Below the pieces are notes generated by a model. It did not search any database. It saw only the letters and a program-made list of their open reading frames with translations, and had not been told where the DNA came from. The position numbers and the translations under genes are program-made. Below are positions 58,664 to 64,000 of a DNA stretch of 64,000 nt, piece by piece. The stretch comes from Lytechinus pictus. Lineage: Eukaryota. Position 1 is the stretch's first letter. The number at the start of each line of letters is the position of its first letter. The DNA is taken from assembly GCF_037042905.1 (NCBI RefSeq), contig NC_087246.1, positions 51,522,001-51,586,000 on the forward strand. Reading direction: 5' to 3'.

Positions 58664-61599
58664 AGGGCAGAGGTTCAAGCCCTAGTCAGGTTTCTCAGAT
58701 GGCGACGTAAAAGGTTGGTTCCAGACGTAAATAGTCATGTCTGATTGATACACATCTGTAAAACTCAATCACACACATATTACCCCCCCCCCAAGAAGAG
58801 AAGAAATCATGTAATAACAGCAAATTAAGATGTAACAGTAAAATTAAAATTTGCACATATCCTGAAAATATATAAAGTATCAGTGAGTTCTACAGAACCA
58901 TATTTTATTCATACATCCATAGAAAATTGAAAAAAAATGCTTGAAAATAACGAAAACAATAAACGGTGAACAATAAACGGTGAAGAATAAAGTACTCACC
59001 AATAACGGCTAAAAAAAAATCAGCGGTCTTTCAATAAATGACACCACTCTGCATAAAATAAATCAAATAAATATTAAAAGAAATTATATAAATTTTATAT
59101 TTTAAACAAGCTTGATGAAAAAAAAAAGTTGATAAGGTCACATTTTAACTTAATTCAGACGTTAAATGAGCAAAAAGCCCTAAAGGTAAAAACCAAACGG
59201 TCATGAGCTGTGTACAAGCTGTATTCAATTAAAAGTCTCTATCACAAATATTTTAACACTAGATCTACCGTTGGTTTGAGTGGCGATTAGTCATATTCGA
59301 CTATTGTCGCCATTGACTCATCTATAAAAATCTCACTTCTCAGTTCTCACATAATGATATTATTACCAATATGATGTGGACATATATAAAATATTTTTCT
59401 TGTGTATCCTTCTAATATGAAAAAGATAATTATAGTATATACAAAAGTTTGTCGTAACTCTTACTCAAAATGGCATATAAACAAATCTTCACCAAAAACA
59501 AACCACTATCTTCAGCTCAGTTCCAACTAGTTGCGCTTGCCCTGCCCTTTCAAAGATGCAATCATACCGGTATGTCTATGGTATGAATATAGGCATTTGG
59601 GGACCTTACAAAGAAAACAAAAATACAATATTTACAACCAGGGAAAGTATGCACCCACCATCTCAATTTTTTTATATTCTTTTACGCGTTCCCTACCATC
59701 ACATCGTGTTTAAAAGTTCTTTTCCCTGAAAAAAGACAAGAACAAGATCAATGTTAACTTCCCATCAAAAGTACATTGAAAATGGCTAACCAGGGGAGTA
59801 GCGGCCTCTGATTATCAGGGCTTATGGTATTAGAAAGTTTTGAATACCCTTCTAGCAGCGCAAGGGAGGGAGGGTTGCCCGCAAAAGCGGAGCTCCCGGC
59901 AAAAAGCCAGGAAAACAATGCTCTATGTGGAACTGCTTCCCTTCCAAGTGCCAACACATTCCCAAGGCTCCACACTAACTTTTTTTCTTGGTGGCCCGAT
60001 CGGTCCATCAAAATCATCAATATCATATTTTTGATGGCCCGTATCAAATTAAGTGGCCCTAAAACAATAGAAAACAACAGAATTTATCAAAACTTTGGTC
60101 GCCCAACCGGGCCACCAAGTGTTTGCTTTTACAGAATTTTGGTGGCCCGACTTTCATTTTTGGTTGCCCTGGGCCACTGCTAATGTAGAGCCCTGCATTC
60201 CCCAATACTAGCTCTGAGTTAAAACATGGACAGATTTAAAACGAGTCTATAATAATTAGCTTGATGTAGTGTACTTTTAATCTATTTCAAGGTTTATAAT
60301 TTGGTAATTATGGGTCACTCTCCCAAACAACCTAAAAACAAAACAAAAATCATGAAGCTGAAAATATAAGTGAAAAGCAATCACACTGAAGATCGCGTCA
60401 CCTACACAACACATGATGAGGCCATGGCCATGCCGGCCCATGGGGGGGGGGGGGGGAGTGGATTTTCATTCTTGCTTAATTTTATTTGCTTGGAATTGTA
60501 GTTGGAAAAAAGACTAATTTGCCGAAACATATCGAGCTTATTTATTGGCAATACAACTGGCAAAAATTAGCTTTTATTAACCTTACTAACGACTTAGTCT
60601 AAGGCCCTCATAGAACATGAAAGGATTTTTACTGTTAGTGTTATACTATCTAGATCCAACGATGGCAAGGCCCGAGGGTGTGGGTCCAAATCCATCACGA
60701 CCATGAAAACTTAAACAATGTTATTGTTAAATCTTACTTGATTGATAAAGGTCTGTATAAGTTTTCAGATGTGAACTTGAGCTGGAGCCTGTTTGTAAGT
60801 AACGTTATTCTGCTTTAGGCCTAACGTTAGGCCCAGCTAGCTCTCACTCAGTCTCTTATCAATATCTAGACCAAAAGCTTCGGTCTCTGTTATGTTGGTT
60901 GTTCAGCTGAACTCCGTTGGCTTCACTCACCAAATACAGAGACCGAAGTTCTAGCGCGATCTGTACAGGGGACTCAATGGCCATATGTTTATGTACTTAA
61001 GATCGGATAAAACGGGGAAGTGAATTTGCGCGACAGCCGAGGTAAGTCACTGTTTTTGTTCCTTTTAACTTGATTTTTCTCCATTTTTGGGCAATTAATG
61101 CCAAGAGGGAATATTAATTTGCATTTTGGTCGCGTTAATTTTCAAAATTTTTATTCATTAAAGACAAAAATTGAAGAGCCCCGACGGGGGGATTTTGCAT
61201 TGCAAGTCCCCTAATGGTGGCTGCACGCTAGCGAGCCGTCTGTGTACGAGGAGAAATTTAAAAAAAAAAAAAAGTTAAAAAACTCCTCGAAACAGACGGC
61301 TGTCAGCTGTCTAATCAATATCATGCTTATAAACACACCAAAACAAACACGTTGGTCCTTCGACTACACACATGCACTGCAGCTGCATGCAGCTCAGTAA
61401 ACGTCATTTCTCACGACTGTCATTTGTAAACTGAACATGCTCAACTAACTCGATAAAAAACATCTCCCTCCCTACCTTACTATTGAACCTATTTTCCTAT
61501 TAAAGACGATCCTTACATTAGTTATGAATATTACTTAACACTGATTAAAATTTTTGACCGGTTAATTCACTAAAAATGAAAAATATACAAAATAAAATA

Positions 61600-61880
61600 C
61601 CCACGTGTAACATTTCCAGGTGAACCAGACGGCGGAGATCAGCGTACAAAATACACAGCGAGCTAGCTAGCTAGCTGCGCTAAATTCAACGAGACGCAAA
61701 ACGTCATGCATGCCCGGCCGGCCGGCCCGCACCGGCCCTGCCGTGCCGGCGATGCCGCTCCGGGGAGCGCTTACACAGAGCTGCATCTTGCATGCTCGTA
61801 TGCGCACGTGGGGTCACTGAATAATAACTTCCTCAATTGATCAGTCAGGGTGGGGCGCAGCTAGCGAGCTGGGCTGTTAG
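61600..61880 (-). promoter_or_regulatory. CpG/GC-rich segment, probable promoter and first exon of the hnRNP C-like gene
   Basis: Local GC/CpG island (GCCCGGCCGGCCGGCCCGCACCGG, GGGTGGGGCG) in AT-rich DNA; candidate minus-strand donor GG|GTATTT at 61600. Confidence 0.45.
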
Positions 61881-62209
61881 AGAATTGAAATTGAAGATGC
61901 ATGCCCAGTGCCTCAGACTCAGTGCTCACTCAGAGTGGTTCTCGATGGAAATTTTTGAGGTCAAAAGCCAGTAACTTAAAATGAGCTGATGATTATTTAT
62001 TTTGTATTTCATTGGGGGCCTGCATGAATAGGCATATTTGCGATTCGAGCATCAAAATCAACTTCTGCTTGTCCCTTTTTAGTCAGTGTACGCCCTCATC
62101 TTGTTTGAGCTATAGCGCATGCATTTAATTGGCAGTGATATGTTGGTATTATTATTATGCATCCCAAGAAAATGTTCTTATCCTTCCCACCTTCATTTTC
62201 TTCTAGCAA

Positions 62210-62605
62210 TAACAGAACTACATCATCATCCTCAATCATTTTCCTACTCACCATCATCTTCTTCATGATCATGATCATCACATCATCCTCATCATCATCA
62301 CATCCTCCTCTTCATCAATTCAGCATCCTCGTCGATCACCATTATCATCATCATCACCATTATCATAAATTCATCATAATCATCATTAACATCATCCTCA
62401 TCACCATCATCTGATCGTCATTACCATTGGCTAAATCATCATCAGCATCACCTTAATCATAATCATCACCATCACAGATCATCATTACCACCATCATCAT
62501 CACTATCTTCATCATCATCACCATTATCATCATCAGCAACATCATATCATTAACATCACCATCATCATTATCATCATATCACCACCACCACCATCATCAC
62601 CATCG
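62210..62605. repeat. Long degenerate (CAT/CAC)n trinucleotide microsatellite
   Basis: Direct reading. Confidence 0.92.
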
Positions 62606-64000
62606 CTATAATTTATAAATCATGTAAACAAACAGGAGGCTTCATGGTAATAATGTCATGAAGTATATAGTTTTACATTCCAGACAAACACATTCTGTGA
62701 ACATTCCACAAAGATAATGAAAACACATTACCCCCAAATATTGTCTTTTCTTTTAATACAAGAGACAAGTTTATTGATACAATTTTCCAGGTTTAATACA
62801 TACAACGTAATAAGTGCACAAGATGAGCTGCTAAGCAATGAAAAAAAAAACGACTCTCAATGCACCAATCAAAATGAACTTGGGATAAATACCAAGCCAC
62901 AAACCATTAGCACAGAATGTAGAATGAATAATAATTTTATTATTTGGTAGCTTTTTTAGAGAGACAAAGCATAATAAAAAAAAACCTAATAATTGCTCTG
63001 TCACTATCAATTACCAAAATGACTCTAAAAGCAGATTTATTTTTTATGACAACCTTGCTTAGGCCTCCTGTCTACATCCTAAAATCATAAACCACCCAAA
63101 ATACTCAAACAACCATGCTAGTAAAACAAATAGAGATTATATTTACCTAAAAACAAACACTCCTAATAATAAACTTCATAGTCATACTAAGTAAAACAGG
63201 AATCTAAGAATGAAACTTAGAATTGTAAGATGTCAATAACCGATTATACAGAACAATAACAAGTACACTTCATAGTATTAAACGAGATTAATGGGGTATT
63301 CGCAACAACAAAAAATGTGCTTGCAATTGATATTCAATATCACATGTAAATTTGCAATTGATTGATCAATTGTAAATAAACATAATCAATTTACATTTTT
63401 TGTAGTAAGCAGAACAGCAATCAATTGCAAGCCCTCTGATTGATTCTGAGACTTATTACTGACTTAACCCTTTTAGATGAACAATACTGAGAGAAATATT
63501 AGAATGCTTGTGAAGCATCCTTTGGAAAATGTGGCTATAATTATTGGTCACTGCTACTTGCATACATGTACATCAAAATCTAGACATCTGTAATACAATA
63601 CTTTGTGCCAATCATTAGATAGGCCTATATATTTGCTGTTTTTTAGTGAAATTAAAGGGCTTGTAACGAAAAGTTGCTAAAGTATAACAAACCACCATTA
63701 ATTTCATGTTTATTCATGAACTAAAATAAGTCCCCCCCCCCCAAAAAAAAAGGGGGGGTACATTTTCTTTCTTATAGGAAATAAAACGTTTTTTTTTTAA
63801 ATCAAGATTTGTGCACCTTCTGCTTGGTTAAGAATGCCTAGACAACCTCCTATAATTGAACAAGTTTGAAAAGAACTACATGATTTCATTTTTCTAAGCT
63901 TGGAAATGCAGCATTAATCAAGAGCATCGCAAAATTGTTCTCTCATTTGCTTTCTACCTCAATTCAGACAATAAGTAATGTCCTTTAGCCTTTCTGAATT

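Noticed and set aside
62096-62414. Poly-His/Ser/Ile ORFs
   Set aside because: Translations of the (CAT)n microsatellite.

Overview
AT-rich, intron-rich and repeat-dense animal genomic DNA. It is not prokaryotic, and the repeat families suggest a marine deuterostome, possibly a sea urchin (inference). Hand splicing gives four host genes. (1) The first coding exon of a signal-peptide + LRR-N-cap protein (minus, 1706-1881). (2) A complete 9-exon diphosphomevalonate decarboxylase, MVD (minus, 7948-25831, 394 aa). (3) A complete 12-exon mitochondrial METTL17/Rsm22 (plus, 25979-37536, 501 aa, one GC-AG intron), head-to-head with MVD across only about 147 bp. (4) A 4-coding-exon gene (minus, 46030-53595, 287 aa) joining a Gly/His/Met low-complexity N-terminus, an hnRNP C/RALY-type RRM and a C-terminal C2H2 zinc finger that resembles BCL11A zinc finger 1. 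That domain fusion is the most unusual item here. MVD intron 1 holds an apparently intact 6.25-kb autonomous hAT transposon (TIRs, perfect 8-bp TSD, 3-exon 595-aa transposase). MVD intron 8 holds a frame-preserved diverged copy of half of exon 8. The rest is LINE remnants (CR1/L2/Crack-like), a tRNA-derived SINE, Helentron/HINE-like elements, many MITEs (Harbinger-, Kolobok-, Tc1/pogo- and hAT-like, the last with 6-bp TSDs), minisatellites and microsatellites. All calls were made by eye, with no database searches.
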